DNA of 24,000 nt from an uncultured Methanosarcinales archaeon (GCA_964617195.1 CAZTVK010000025.1:1436-25435); one strand, 5' to 3'; counted from the stretch's first letter, positions 1 to 8,545 are shown. Program-made: numbers and translations. Notes: generated from the sequence alone by a model not told the origin.

Positions 1-127
1 TGGCAACCAGCAATTCTGCGGATAAAACAATTTCTCCGTAAAAAAAGGCAACAATAATCGCAATAGTAAAGACTGGAAATCCACCTAATGCCTTGATGTC
101 CTGAACCAATTCGTTCGTGAAACTCAT
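1..127 (-). CDS. partial CDS (N-terminus only, continues past left edge); predicted membrane protein
   Basis: ATG at 127-125 (minus) opens a frame reading MSFTNELVQDIKALGGFPVFTIAIIVAFFYGEIVLSAELLVA... with no stop before the window edge. The hydrophobic stretch suggests a TM helix. No family recognised. Confidence 0.4.
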   Translation of the reverse strand, partial: MSFTNELVQDIKALGGFPVFTIAIIVAFFYGEIVLSAELLVA

Positions 128-128
128 A

Positions 129-201
129 TAGCCCCGGGCGGATTCGAACCGCCGTCAATGGGTCCAAAGCCCACTATACTTGACCGCTATACGACGGGGC
201 T
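129..201 (-). tRNA. tRNA-Gln (anticodon TTG)
   Basis: Minus strand reads AGCCCCGTCGTATAGCGGTCAAGTATAGTGGGCTTTGGACCCATTGACGGCGGTTCGAATCCGCCCGGGGCTA. Acceptor is AGCCCCG/CGGGGCT, the anticodon arm is GTGGG-CTTTGGA-CCCAT, and the T arm is GGCGG-TTCGAAT-CCGCC. It has the A1-U72 pair typical of archaeal tRNA-Gln. Confidence 0.9.
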
Positions 202-227
202 GTAATGATTAGAAAACGCCAAATACC

Positions 228-238
228 GCTATTTAAAC
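228..238 (-). promoter_or_regulatory. TATA-box-like promoter element for tRNA-Gln
   Basis: Minus strand reads GTTTAAATAGC, 37 nt upstream of the tRNA 5' end. It matches the motif upstream of the other three tRNAs and overlaps the dphB stop codon. Confidence 0.45.
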
Positions 239-987
239 TTTGCCTGCTTCAACGCCTCTTCCTCAAGAAAATGCAGGCTTCCAGGCACAATCAAAGCATG
301 CGGAGCAGCGCCAAAATCAGCATCAGAGACTTGAGTCACAGTTCCAGAAACAATCTTCTGATCCTTCGCGCCCAATCTTGCAACGCCAACACACCAATCC
401 TTAGGCAAAAACACCTTCTCATTACGCTTCCTCTCAATCTTTCTCAAAAGCTCAATAGCTTCATTCACAGACATGAACTTATTGTTAATTGGGTCTAAAT
501 CTAGAAGGACAAGAGTATGAGCGCCAATAGACTTGTTCTCTTTTATAATATTGTAAGGCGTCTCAACCTCGTAATCCTCTCTAGGAAAAGGCATGCTTGT
601 AGTTTTACCAAACTTGTACACCTGCAATCCTGTAGCGCCAATGACATTGATTACAGACGCATTGTGAACAACTTCAGTCTTGATTTTGAGTTCCTTCGCT
701 CTCTGCAAAATATCCCAATGAGTAGTAGCGCACAATGAGTCACCTATTACTAACAACGTAACATTACCTGATTTAGACTCGTTCAACAACTGCTCAGCAT
801 TTTCAACAAACTCTCTATTCGCAAGCTCGACCTTTTTGCCGTAAAACTTTTCCAAATCCTCCTTAGAACAAGAAAGCTTAGAAGTATAGCACTCCAAGTA
901 CACTTTATCACACTTCTTCACAGCTTCCAAACCTTTAACCGTTATGTCTTTCTCGTCGGAAAGACCAATGCCAACAAGGTATAACAT
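229..987 (-). CDS. dphB: diphthine synthase (diphthamide biosynthesis methyltransferase)
   Basis: N-terminus MLYLVGIGLSDEKDITVKGLEAVKKCDKVYLECYTS and length of about 252 aa match the archaeal DphB/Dph5 tetrapyrrole-methylase-fold family. The ORF track starts at a TTG (1002). The ATG at 987 is preferred because a TATA-like GCTTATATACG starts 34 nt upstream (1018). Confidence 0.92.
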   Translation of the reverse strand: MLYLVGIGLSDEKDITVKGLEAVKKCDKVYLECYTSKLSCSKEDLEKFYGKKVELANREFVENAEQLLNESKSGNVTLLVIGDSLCATTHWDILQRAKELKIKTEVVHNASVINVIGATGLQVYKFGKTTSMPFPREDYEVETPYNIIKENKSIGAHTLVLLDLDPINNKFMSVNEAIELLRKIERKRNEKVFLPKDWCVGVARLGAKDQKIVSGTVTQVSDADFGAAPHALIVPGSLHFLEEEALKQAKFK

Positions 988-1019
988 ACCACTAATTCCC
1001 AAGAAGTCGTATATAAGCC

Positions 1020-2120
1020 TTACTCAGCCATATACAAGCTCAAATCCTTATCCATGTTGTACATGCCCTGGTCAACAGCTTTAAGACAAATTTCTTTGTA
1101 CTTGCCTTCCAATGTTCCGCACACCTTCAAAGCCGACTCCTTATGATACTTAGCCATACGTTCGATAGTGCCTTCAATGCAAACAAACTTTTCATCCTCA
1201 GAGCCAGTCAGGCAAACATCACTTATATTCATTTTACCAACAGCGACGGCTGGCATGTGCCCATTGCCAAGACCATGGAAACAGCCAAGGCGGAACTTAC
1301 CAGAAAGTTTTCCACACTCCTCAACAAGCCCCCCTACTTTGCCTTTACTTTCATAATGCCGTTTAGCAACATAAACAAACTTGTAACGCGCACAAGCAGC
1401 AGGATAATCAAAAGCATCACACGGGTAAAACAGAGACTTGGTTTCCGCATCTTCCTTATCATTCTCGGTCACGTACTCCATATACGCGCCGGTAGCGCAG
1501 TAATAAACCATGTGAGATTCTTCAAATACTTCGCAACTCTCAACAGCCTCACGAACATCATACCCTGACAAAAACATCAACGCATGACCAAGACCATGCG
1601 CGCAATCACCGGGAGAATAAGAAGAAGCCATCTTTTCATTCTTGAAACACAAATCACTCATGGCTGGCTTCAATTTTTCCAAGTCCACATGACCTTCAGC
1701 ATCATCGGTATCATGGTACGCTGCAAAAGCCTCCATAAGAACACCATGCATGCATCCAGAATAACAACGGTCAGCACAAACACTCAAACCCTGACCGATA
1801 TCATTCAGCTTAGCATAAATCACTTTTCCAATATCATGCGCCTCAGAATGACATTTGGGCCACAACTTCTCAATACCATCAAGAATACCGTTCGCGCCAA
1901 TAACATCAATGTATTCCGCAAACAAAGAACGCTTGTCCTTGCCAACCGTGCGCAATTTGGCAACAAACTCAGACTGTTTCTCTCTAACTTGCTCAGGATC
2001 AACATACAAAAGCGCAGACTGCTGAAAAGATGATTCACCCATCTCATGGTCATCAATAACAATATTGCCAGTAGCGCCACAAGCTGTCAAAAACAACAAG
2101 AAGATCCACTTTATCCCCAT
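1020..2120 (-). CDS. secreted Cys/His-rich lipoprotein, unknown function
   Basis: Signal peptide with lipobox (MGIKWIFLLFLTAC|G). It has an internally repeated C-x-HG-x-G-(x)-H type motif (CHSEAHDIGK, GCMHGVLMEA, DCAHGLGHALMF, GCFHGLGNGHMP) and about 20 Cys. The track start at 2126 is TTG. The ATG at 2120 has a GTTTATTAACT element 34 nt upstream. Confidence 0.8.
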   Translation of the reverse strand: MGIKWIFLLFLTACGATGNIVIDDHEMGESSFQQSALLYVDPEQVREKQSEFVAKLRTVGKDKRSLFAEYIDVIGANGILDGIEKLWPKCHSEAHDIGKVIYAKLNDIGQGLSVCADRCYSGCMHGVLMEAFAAYHDTDDAEGHVDLEKLKPAMSDLCFKNEKMASSYSPGDCAHGLGHALMFLSGYDVREAVESCEVFEESHMVYYCATGAYMEYVTENDKEDAETKSLFYPCDAFDYPAACARYKFVYVAKRHYESKGKVGGLVEECGKLSGKFRLGCFHGLGNGHMPAVAVGKMNISDVCLTGSEDEKFVCIEGTIERMAKYHKESALKVCGTLEGKYKEICLKAVDQGMYNMDKDLSLYMAE

Positions 2121-2140
2121 AAACAAAAAAACCTAAAAGA

Positions 2141-2151
2141 AGTTAATAAAC
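2141..2151 (-). promoter_or_regulatory. TATA-like element upstream of the Cys/His-rich lipoprotein gene
   Basis: Minus strand reads GTTTATTAACT, about 34 nt before the ATG at 2120. This implies a leaderless or near-leaderless mRNA. Confidence 0.4.
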
Positions 2152-2164
2152 TTTATTGTTTACA

Positions 2165-2200
2165 ACAAAAAGAAAAAAATACCCCTCCAACGGGAGGGGC
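2165..2200 (-). terminator. hairpin plus oligo-T terminator downstream of ftsZ
   Basis: Minus strand reads GCCCCTCC-CGTT-GGAGGGG followed by TATTTTTTTCTTTTTG. This is a 7-bp GC stem (2182-2188 pairs with 2193-2199) and then a T-run, about 75 nt after the ftsZ stop. Confidence 0.5.
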
Positions 2201-2275
2201 CAAGGGTATTGCCTTCAAGCTGCGCGCGAGGCGCATGGGGGTGGTATGAATGAAGGCAGAGAAACACCCGAAGTA

Positions 2276-3349
2276 TTAACGAATGATTTCAATGCCTAAC
2301 TCATCAGTCATCTGACGAGCAGTCACTGCACTTCTATTAGGCGTGCTATTCCCAATAATATCTGAGCTCTTAACGCCTGTGATGATTGTCATAACCATCA
2401 GCTTGCCTTTCATGTCGTCTGAGACACGAGCGCCCCAAATGACGTTCGCATCCTCATCCAACGTCGCAGTCACAAGCTCTCCGACATGGTTGATCTCCTC
2501 CAAAGTCATGTCAGGACCGCCCCAGACATGAATCAAAGCGCCGGTCGCGCCAGCGTAATTAATGTCGAGCAATGGGTTCTCTAAAGCGCCCTTGACGGCT
2601 TCTTCAACTCTGTTGGTCGTGTCAGAACTTCCGACACCAATGGCAGCAACACCGCCATTTGTCATGATAGCTTTAACGTCAGCAAAATCCAAGTTGACCA
2701 AGGAAGGAATCGCAATAGTCTCAACAATTCCCTTGATCATAGTCGCAACAAGCTCATTCGCAACAGCAAAAGCCTGCTGGATAGGCAAGTTGCCCGCAAT
2801 CTCAACAAGCCTGTTGTTGTCAATCACGATAACAGTATCAGACGCTTTTCTCAACTGTTCAAGACCAAACTCTGCCTTCTCGATACGAGCACGCTCGATG
2901 TTGAAAGGCATTGTAACAGTGCCGATAACAATCGCGCCCATATCCTTGCATAATTGAGCAGTAACAGGAGCACTACCAGTGCCAGTTCCTCCGCCCATAC
3001 CAGCGCAAACAAACACCATGTCAGCACCCTTCAGAACACTTTTCAACTCAGCAATCGATTCCTGAGCAGCTGCAGCGCCTTTCTGAGGGAAACCACCACA
3101 GCCAAGACCTCTCGTCAATTCCTTTCCAATGATGAACTTTTTGTCAGCTTCAGAAATCTTCAAATGCTGCTGGTCAGTATTCACTGCGATTATCTCAGCG
3201 CCCTTGATTCCGCGCTTGTACAACCACGTGACCATATTATTGCCTGCACCACCACAGCCAATGACTTTGATGTTTGCCTGACCAACCTCAAGGCCATTAA
3301 ATGTCGTTTCAACAATGTTTTTTTGCGCGTTTTCAACCAAAAATTCCAT
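2276..3349 (-). CDS. ftsZ: cell division GTPase FtsZ
   Basis: Tubulin/FtsZ signature GGGTGTG (MGGGTGTGSAPV), the N-terminal IKVIGCGGAGNN GTP-binding strand, NTDQQHL, and a T7-loop region VIVIDNNRL. Length is 357 aa. Confidence 0.95.
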   Translation of the reverse strand: MEFLVENAQKNIVETTFNGLEVGQANIKVIGCGGAGNNMVTWLYKRGIKGAEIIAVNTDQQHLKISEADKKFIIGKELTRGLGCGGFPQKGAAAAQESIAELKSVLKGADMVFVCAGMGGGTGTGSAPVTAQLCKDMGAIVIGTVTMPFNIERARIEKAEFGLEQLRKASDTVIVIDNNRLVEIAGNLPIQQAFAVANELVATMIKGIVETIAIPSLVNLDFADVKAIMTNGGVAAIGVGSSDTTNRVEEAVKGALENPLLDINYAGATGALIHVWGGPDMTLEEINHVGELVTATLDEDANVIWGARVSDDMKGKLMVMTIITGVKSSDIIGNSTPNRSAVTARQMTDELGIEIIR

Positions 3350-3758
3350 TTTTCTTTCCCCCCGTTTTGTGGTTTGCTTTTTTTACTCCCCTTTGGTAAT
3401 AGATAAACATTAAATATTGGGAGTGTTAACTAACTCCTTAGAAGTGTGTTGTGATCGCGCCAACGAGAATAACACTAGTTCGAAAGAACGCTTCAATTAA
3501 CCAATAACAAACAATAGGTCCATTTCGTCGCCAAACGATTTGAACAAATTAAACCCACACAACCTTTCCGCCAAGAAAGTTTGTGATTATAAATTTTCTT
3601 TCACTAATTTGGTATTTTTAAACATTCTCGTAAGAGAAAATAGATATTGAAGTCATGATGCTTCACTTCTACTGGAGATATAGACGGTGCAAAGCCAAAA
3701 AATCAAGTGTTACTACTCCTGTGTGGAATTTATTTTTTTCGTCACTAACACCAGAGAA

Positions 3759-4391
3759 CTATTGCTGCAATCGACGAGAAAACTCCTTGACCAATTCTTT
3801 TCCCTTCGCAATCGCCTTGTGCACGTGCTCACCATACCATTCCATGTAAGCAGCTATGTCCTTGATACGGTTGCCCCAACTCTCGATAAAAGTAGTATTT
3901 TCAAGAGTGAAACGCAAAGGAGCAGGAACTCTCTCATCCGGATAACCAACAGGAACAATGCCCTGAATAATCACATCATCAGGAATAGAAAGCAAACGCT
4001 TGATGGCTTCATCCTCAAAAGCGCCAACCCAGCAGCTGCCCAAGCCCTGAGCATGCGTAGCCAAAAGCATGTTCTGAATAACAGCAGCACCATTCTGAAT
4101 GCTGTATTTCTCACCATGAACGCCATAAAACCTTTTAGTCTTCTCAGGCTCAGTGCACACGATAATCTGTACAGGAGCGGAAGCAATCCAGAACTGCTCA
4201 ACACACGTTTTCGCAATTTCCGCGCGCATCTTCTCGTCGGTAACAAGGATAAACTTCCAATCCTGCAAGTTGCCAGCGCTTGGAGCGTATCTCGCAGAGT
4301 CAAGAATATTGCCTATTTTTTCAAACTCAACAGGAATATCCAAGAATTTACGAATACTCCTCCTCGTTGCAATGCACTCAAGTGTGTCCAT
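3759..4391 (-). CDS. nitroreductase-family flavoprotein
   Basis: N-terminus MDTLECIATRRSIRKF...ARYAPSAGNLQDWKFILV is the classic nitroreductase (FMN-dependent) opening. Length is 210 aa. Confidence 0.88.
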   Translation of the reverse strand: MDTLECIATRRSIRKFLDIPVEFEKIGNILDSARYAPSAGNLQDWKFILVTDEKMRAEIAKTCVEQFWIASAPVQIIVCTEPEKTKRFYGVHGEKYSIQNGAAVIQNMLLATHAQGLGSCWVGAFEDEAIKRLLSIPDDVIIQGIVPVGYPDERVPAPLRFTLENTTFIESWGNRIKDIAAYMEWYGEHVHKAIAKGKELVKEFSRRLQQ

Positions 4392-4424
4392 ATGTCCTCT
4401 TTTTAGTAAAACAACACAAGCAGC

Positions 4425-4435
4425 CTATTTAAAAC
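4425..4435 (-). promoter_or_regulatory. TATA-like element upstream of the nitroreductase gene
   Basis: Minus strand reads GTTTTAAATAG(G), beginning 44 nt upstream of the ATG at 4391. A GAGG Shine-Dalgarno-like element lies between the two. Confidence 0.35.
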
Positions 4436-4920
4436 TATTTCTGCATGCCCTTAGTTGAAGCAGCTATCTGTTTCATCATTTCGCCCAAATCCTCAAACTT
4501 GACATTCTCAGGAGGAACGAACAATGATTCAGGAACATCAGCAGACTCGCATTTAGCGTTTTCCTTCTTTGCCTTCTCAATAATCTCTTCCTGAGAAGGA
4601 AGCGCAACCTTCTCGCCCTGCTCAGCAGCCAATTTCTTCAAATCATCAATCTTAATAGTCATACCTTTGGAACCGCTCCAGGTATAAAGCGCATCAGAAG
4701 TATAAATCCCGTGAGCATCAGCAGGCATGGTATCCATACGCATCTGGCTTCCCTTCAGGTAAATAGTGCTTGTCTGCCCTTCAACCTCAGACACGCACTT
4801 CATGGGCTTTCCAAGACTTTCAGCAACAGAAATGTCAAGTGACTCAGGCGCAGACTGCGGAGCAGGCTTTGGAGCACACGCTACCAATAAAACCAGTAAT
4901 ATTATAGTTAGCCATTTCAT
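4435..4920 (-). CDS. small secreted lipoprotein, unknown function
   Basis: MKWLTIILLVLLVAC|APKPAPQSAPE is a signal peptide plus lipobox followed by a Pro/Ala linker. It is tightly packed, 3 nt downstream of lig. No family recognised. Confidence 0.75.
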   Translation of the reverse strand: MKWLTIILLVLLVACAPKPAPQSAPESLDISVAESLGKPMKCVSEVEGQTSTIYLKGSQMRMDTMPADAHGIYTSDALYTWSGSKGMTIKIDDLKKLAAEQGEKVALPSQEEIIEKAKKENAKCESADVPESLFVPPENVKFEDLGEMMKQIAASTKGMQK

Positions 4921-4923
4921 TTT

Positions 4924-6684
4924 TTAACCTCTGCCACGCTGAGCGTCAGCAAGTGCACGAACATCCTCAATAGTATTAATATCTTCCGCAGAACGATCTG
5001 ATCTAAGTTTCATCAAACGCGGAAAGCGCAAAGCGTAACCAGATGAGTATGTCGGCGAAGTTTGAATCTCCTCATAATCAACCTCAATAATCACTTCAGG
5101 ACGAACTCTCACTTCCCTGCCCTTCTCCTCAATAATTAAAGGAAGCAACAACTGAGTCAACTGCTCAAAACTAACACCCTCCTCAACCTTCTCCTTAATG
5201 CCAGTGCCAACACGACCAATCTCAACAAACTCATTAGTCTCAACATCTCTCACAGCAACAACAAAACTAGAAAGCCACTGGCCGCGCTTACCCTCGCCCC
5301 ACTCAGCACCAACAATCACCACTTCCAACGTATCCATCGTCGGCTTGACCTTCACGCCGAAACCAACACGCGAGCCAGGCTTGTAAATACTCTGCAAATT
5401 CTTCATCATAATGCCCTCATTACCAGCATCCAATGACGCTTTGTAGAACTTTTCAGCAATAACTTCATCATCAACAATCAACTGCTCTGCCAATTTCAAA
5501 TCAGAAGACTCCGTGATTATCTTTTCCAAGATTTTCCTGCGCTCAACAAAAGGAGTTTTCAACAAACTCTTTCCGTCGTAAAAAAGAATATCAAACACGT
5601 TAACCTGCACGGGAAACTTCCTCGCCATATCCTCAATATCATACTTTCTCTTAATGCGCTGGCTAATGCTCTGGAAAGGCAAATATTTTCTAGTATTAAC
5701 GTCAATTCCAACAGTCTCAGCATCAAGAATAAACTCATCACTCTTCACCTGTTTTGCAATCTTCTGGACAACATCAGGAAATTGATCTGTCACGTTTTCC
5801 AAACGACGCGTGAACAATCTCAATTTTCCCTTGCTCTTATGAATCTGCAAACGAAAACCATCATACTTCTGTTCCAACGCAGCAGGCTTTCCGACAATCG
5901 TGAATGCGTCAGCAATATCCTTCGCTTTCTTGAACAACATCATCTTCGCAGGCTTGCCAGGAAGCAAAGACATGTCCTGCAAGCCAGACTCTCCTTTTTC
6001 TTTCGCAATTTTAGCAACTTCAGAAAAATCATTCGCAACATCAAAAGCTTCCTGCACAAAAGTAGTGTAGATTTCATAATTCTTCCTTTCATCATCAGAC
6101 AAAACAAGCTCATTTTTCGCCTTGTCATACTTTACGCCTGCTTTTTCCGCGAAAAACGCCCAAACAATAGAATCTCTCACAGTCCCTTCACCCAAACCAA
6201 CCCTTAATTCTCCAAGAATTGTCCTGATTATGTATTTCGCTTCCACTGGCTGAGCGCTCGTCAACAATTCAGCAACCAACTGCACCTTCCTGTCAACAGT
6301 ACCAGCACCCTCCAGCTCAGTCAGCTTTCTCAAATTATCAAAAACCTTCTGAACAGACAAAGGCTGAGAAAATAAAGTCGCCTGGGACTTGTTTTTCGTC
6401 AACTCTGAAGCAACAGTACCCAAATCACCAGTCTCCTTCCATAAAGACTCAATCTTGTCCAAAGAAGCGCCTGTTGCAAGAGAAATGGCTTTCACCAAAA
6501 GCTTTGCCGCCATGCCGAGCTCGCTAGTATCCCAATTCGGAAACACCCTGCCCTGCACCAACAACATGACTCTGTCTAACTCATCAGCTGATTTCAAGAA
6601 TTCAGAGAGTATTGACGTTTTCTCAAGCCGTTTTGTCGTGGCTTCAAGACGCTCATACACCCCCACCAATGTTGAGTATTTCAT
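4924..6684 (-). CDS. lig: ATP-dependent DNA ligase
   Basis: Adenylation motif I EQKYDGFRLQIH (KxDGxR), 586 aa, and archaeal Lig-like N-terminus MKYSTLVGVYERLEATTKRLEK. Also has a C-terminal OB-fold-region motif, LRFPR. Confidence 0.95.
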   Translation of the reverse strand: MKYSTLVGVYERLEATTKRLEKTSILSEFLKSADELDRVMLLVQGRVFPNWDTSELGMAAKLLVKAISLATGASLDKIESLWKETGDLGTVASELTKNKSQATLFSQPLSVQKVFDNLRKLTELEGAGTVDRKVQLVAELLTSAQPVEAKYIIRTILGELRVGLGEGTVRDSIVWAFFAEKAGVKYDKAKNELVLSDDERKNYEIYTTFVQEAFDVANDFSEVAKIAKEKGESGLQDMSLLPGKPAKMMLFKKAKDIADAFTIVGKPAALEQKYDGFRLQIHKSKGKLRLFTRRLENVTDQFPDVVQKIAKQVKSDEFILDAETVGIDVNTRKYLPFQSISQRIKRKYDIEDMARKFPVQVNVFDILFYDGKSLLKTPFVERRKILEKIITESSDLKLAEQLIVDDEVIAEKFYKASLDAGNEGIMMKNLQSIYKPGSRVGFGVKVKPTMDTLEVVIVGAEWGEGKRGQWLSSFVVAVRDVETNEFVEIGRVGTGIKEKVEEGVSFEQLTQLLLPLIIEEKGREVRVRPEVIIEVDYEEIQTSPTYSSGYALRFPRLMKLRSDRSAEDINTIEDVRALADAQRGRG

Positions 6685-6722
6685 TCAACAAATCGGAGAA
6701 AAAGAGAGTATTTATGGCTTAC

Positions 6723-7643
6723 TCAATTTGAAGAAGCTGAAGCGTAACTCGAGGCGGCAGAACTTGCACTATTTGCTGAAGCCTTTCCATCGGCGCCATT
6801 ATAATTTCCGCCAGCGCCTTTGCCAATATAACTTTCTAAACCTCCTCTCTCAGCAATACCTTTAGGCATACTGTAAGCGCTAGCGCCGCCATAATTTCTT
6901 GTAACGTTCGCAGCACGGTCGCTCGCAACATCAGCCAAATCCTTTTCACCCTTCTGAGTGAAGTATTCTTTTAGCGTATGTTCAACGTCAAGCTCCGCAA
7001 GAATTGGATCATCGAAATATTTTCCTTTTTGAGAAGCATGCACGAACTCGTGCGACATGACATAACTAACCGCGCGATCCACTGAAATCCCATAATTATT
7101 AGCAAGCTCAGAAACCTTCTGCTCGAAATCTTTAGAACCGATAAGTGCCGCTTCAGTGCCGTTAGTTGCCAAAGCAGCGACTGCGCCTTCCAAATCAGCA
7201 GTGCCGATCTTTGTAATATCATAAAAGTCTCTGCCCTGTTTGCGCAAGTGCGCGTACAACTCTTTCCCCTCACCCATCAAATACTGCTGTGCGATATCCT
7301 CAAATGAAGAGTTATATCCGCCGGCAGTATCACGCTTGAAATTGTAACCGCGCTTGTCAGAAGGCATATCCTTCTTGACTCCATACAATTCATTACTTAA
7401 TGACTGTTTCAAACCCGTGCTATCCTTAGCCATCCTATCCAAAACCTGATTTCCAGATTCATAACTTTCCTCACGACGATAAGCAGGAGAGTCTCCCTTG
7501 TAAATACGCGGATCAAACTTCGTCTTAGCGCTATCAAACAACTCTTTGGCACGATCGCCAAGAGGCCTATCTATACCTAAATTCTCCCAAGTCTTCTTCG
7601 ACTGGTTGATTACATCCTTTACTGTTTGTGACTTATTCATCAT
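6723..7643 (-). CDS. hypothetical protein with HExxH zincin-like motif and G/A/S/N-rich tail
   Basis: SHEFVHASQKG (HExxH) with a downstream ELDVEH. No signal peptide seen. C-terminal low-complexity tail is GKGAGGNYNGADGKASANSASSAASSYASASSN. The track start at 7655 is TTG, and ATG codons lie at 7643 and 7640. Confidence 0.65.
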   Translation of the reverse strand: MMNKSQTVKDVINQSKKTWENLGIDRPLGDRAKELFDSAKTKFDPRIYKGDSPAYRREESYESGNQVLDRMAKDSTGLKQSLSNELYGVKKDMPSDKRGYNFKRDTAGGYNSSFEDIAQQYLMGEGKELYAHLRKQGRDFYDITKIGTADLEGAVAALATNGTEAALIGSKDFEQKVSELANNYGISVDRAVSYVMSHEFVHASQKGKYFDDPILAELDVEHTLKEYFTQKGEKDLADVASDRAANVTRNYGGASAYSMPKGIAERGGLESYIGKGAGGNYNGADGKASANSASSAASSYASASSN

Positions 7644-7737
7644 ATTAACAATCAATAAGACGTTCTAAAATAAAATTCTTGGTGACAAAAATGTCAGGGT
7701 GGCAAGATTTTTAAACAAACTTCAAATTATTTGCGTT

Positions 7738-8511
7738 ATGGGTTTTTTTGACAGACTGCACAACGCGTGGAAAATATTCAAGCTAAGCTTTGAATTCATC
7801 GGCAGAGACAAAAGTCTGATGATAGTTCCGGTATTAATGCTGTTAAGCGGACTCGTATTCGGAGCCATCGTAATCGTGCTATTCCCAATAGTATCAGTAA
7901 TGCCGGACTCATATGTGGCAGTGAGTTGCATAGTGTTTTTACTGTTTGCACAAATCTGGAGCACATTTCTCGGAGCAATGCAAAGCTGGATGGTGCACGA
8001 AGTCGCACAAGGAAAAGACACAACAGTCCTTTCAGGATTCAGAAGAGCACTGCACAACATCAAAGACGTACTAGCATACGCAATCGTTTTCCTCATCGTA
8101 TCAATTCTCATCAGCGTCATCAGAAAACAAGGAAGAATAGGACAATTCGCAGCAGGATGGCTCGAAACATTCGCAGGAATAATCGGCAAACTAATTCTTC
8201 CAGCAATGATAATCACAGAAAGAAGCTTTGGAGACGCAGTAGGACAGCTCAAGCACAGCGTAAAAGCAATACCAGAAATCGCAACCTTTGAAATCGGCAT
8301 AAGACCACTGACAACACTCGCTATATTCCTTGGAGTACTGGCAGGTTTCCTATTCTATGTGACATTCGGACTAATATTCACCATAATCTACGGCATCATA
8401 TTTGTTGTATCACTCATCCTGCTCACATTATTCATCAACAACACGTATTACACATTGCTTTACCTGACACTAATAGAGAAGAAGCACGTCAAAGGACTGC
8501 ACCTGCGCTAG
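7738..8511 (+). CDS. multi-pass membrane protein, unknown function
   Basis: The ATG at 7738 gives MGFFDRLHNAWKIFKLSFEFIGRDKSLMIVPVLMLL..., with at least 5 hydrophobic helices. From memory, the N-terminus resembles a DUF-type membrane family (DUF6159-like), which is unverified. The track start at 7699 is GTG. Confidence 0.72.
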   Translation: MGFFDRLHNAWKIFKLSFEFIGRDKSLMIVPVLMLLSGLVFGAIVIVLFPIVSVMPDSYVAVSCIVFLLFAQIWSTFLGAMQSWMVHEVAQGKDTTVLSGFRRALHNIKDVLAYAIVFLIVSILISVIRKQGRIGQFAAGWLETFAGIIGKLILPAMIITERSFGDAVGQLKHSVKAIPEIATFEIGIRPLTTLAIFLGVLAGFLFYVTFGLIFTIIYGIIFVVSLILLTLFINNTYYTLLYLTLIEKKHVKGLHLR

Positions 8512-8522
8512 GTTTATAAAGC
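8512..8522 (+). promoter_or_regulatory. TATA-box-like promoter element for tRNA-Arg
   Basis: GTTTATAAAGC lies exactly 34 nt upstream of the tRNA 5' end, the same spacing as for tRNA-Ile. Confidence 0.5.
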
Positions 8523-8545
8523 ACTCATTTCTCGACAGAACTTAT

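Noticed and set aside
1143-2033. Plus-strand ORFs of 141 and 149 aa (also 2562..3406, 5782..6207, 6389..6865, 7722..8300, 11071..11679, 15204..15587, 15924..16379, 17318..18568)
   Set aside because: All are antisense shadows of genes with strong motif support on the other strand.
3620-3740. C/D-box sRNA (ATGATGC at 3655-3661)
   Set aside because: No matching CTGA D box or terminal stem was found at an appropriate distance, and the single C-box-like heptamer is insufficient.
3687-4406. 239-aa plus-strand ORF (and 3655..3849, 4153..4458)
   Set aside because: It is fully antisense to the well-supported nitroreductase gene. The translation is low-complexity (S/R/N/L-rich) with no motif. It is a shadow ORF.
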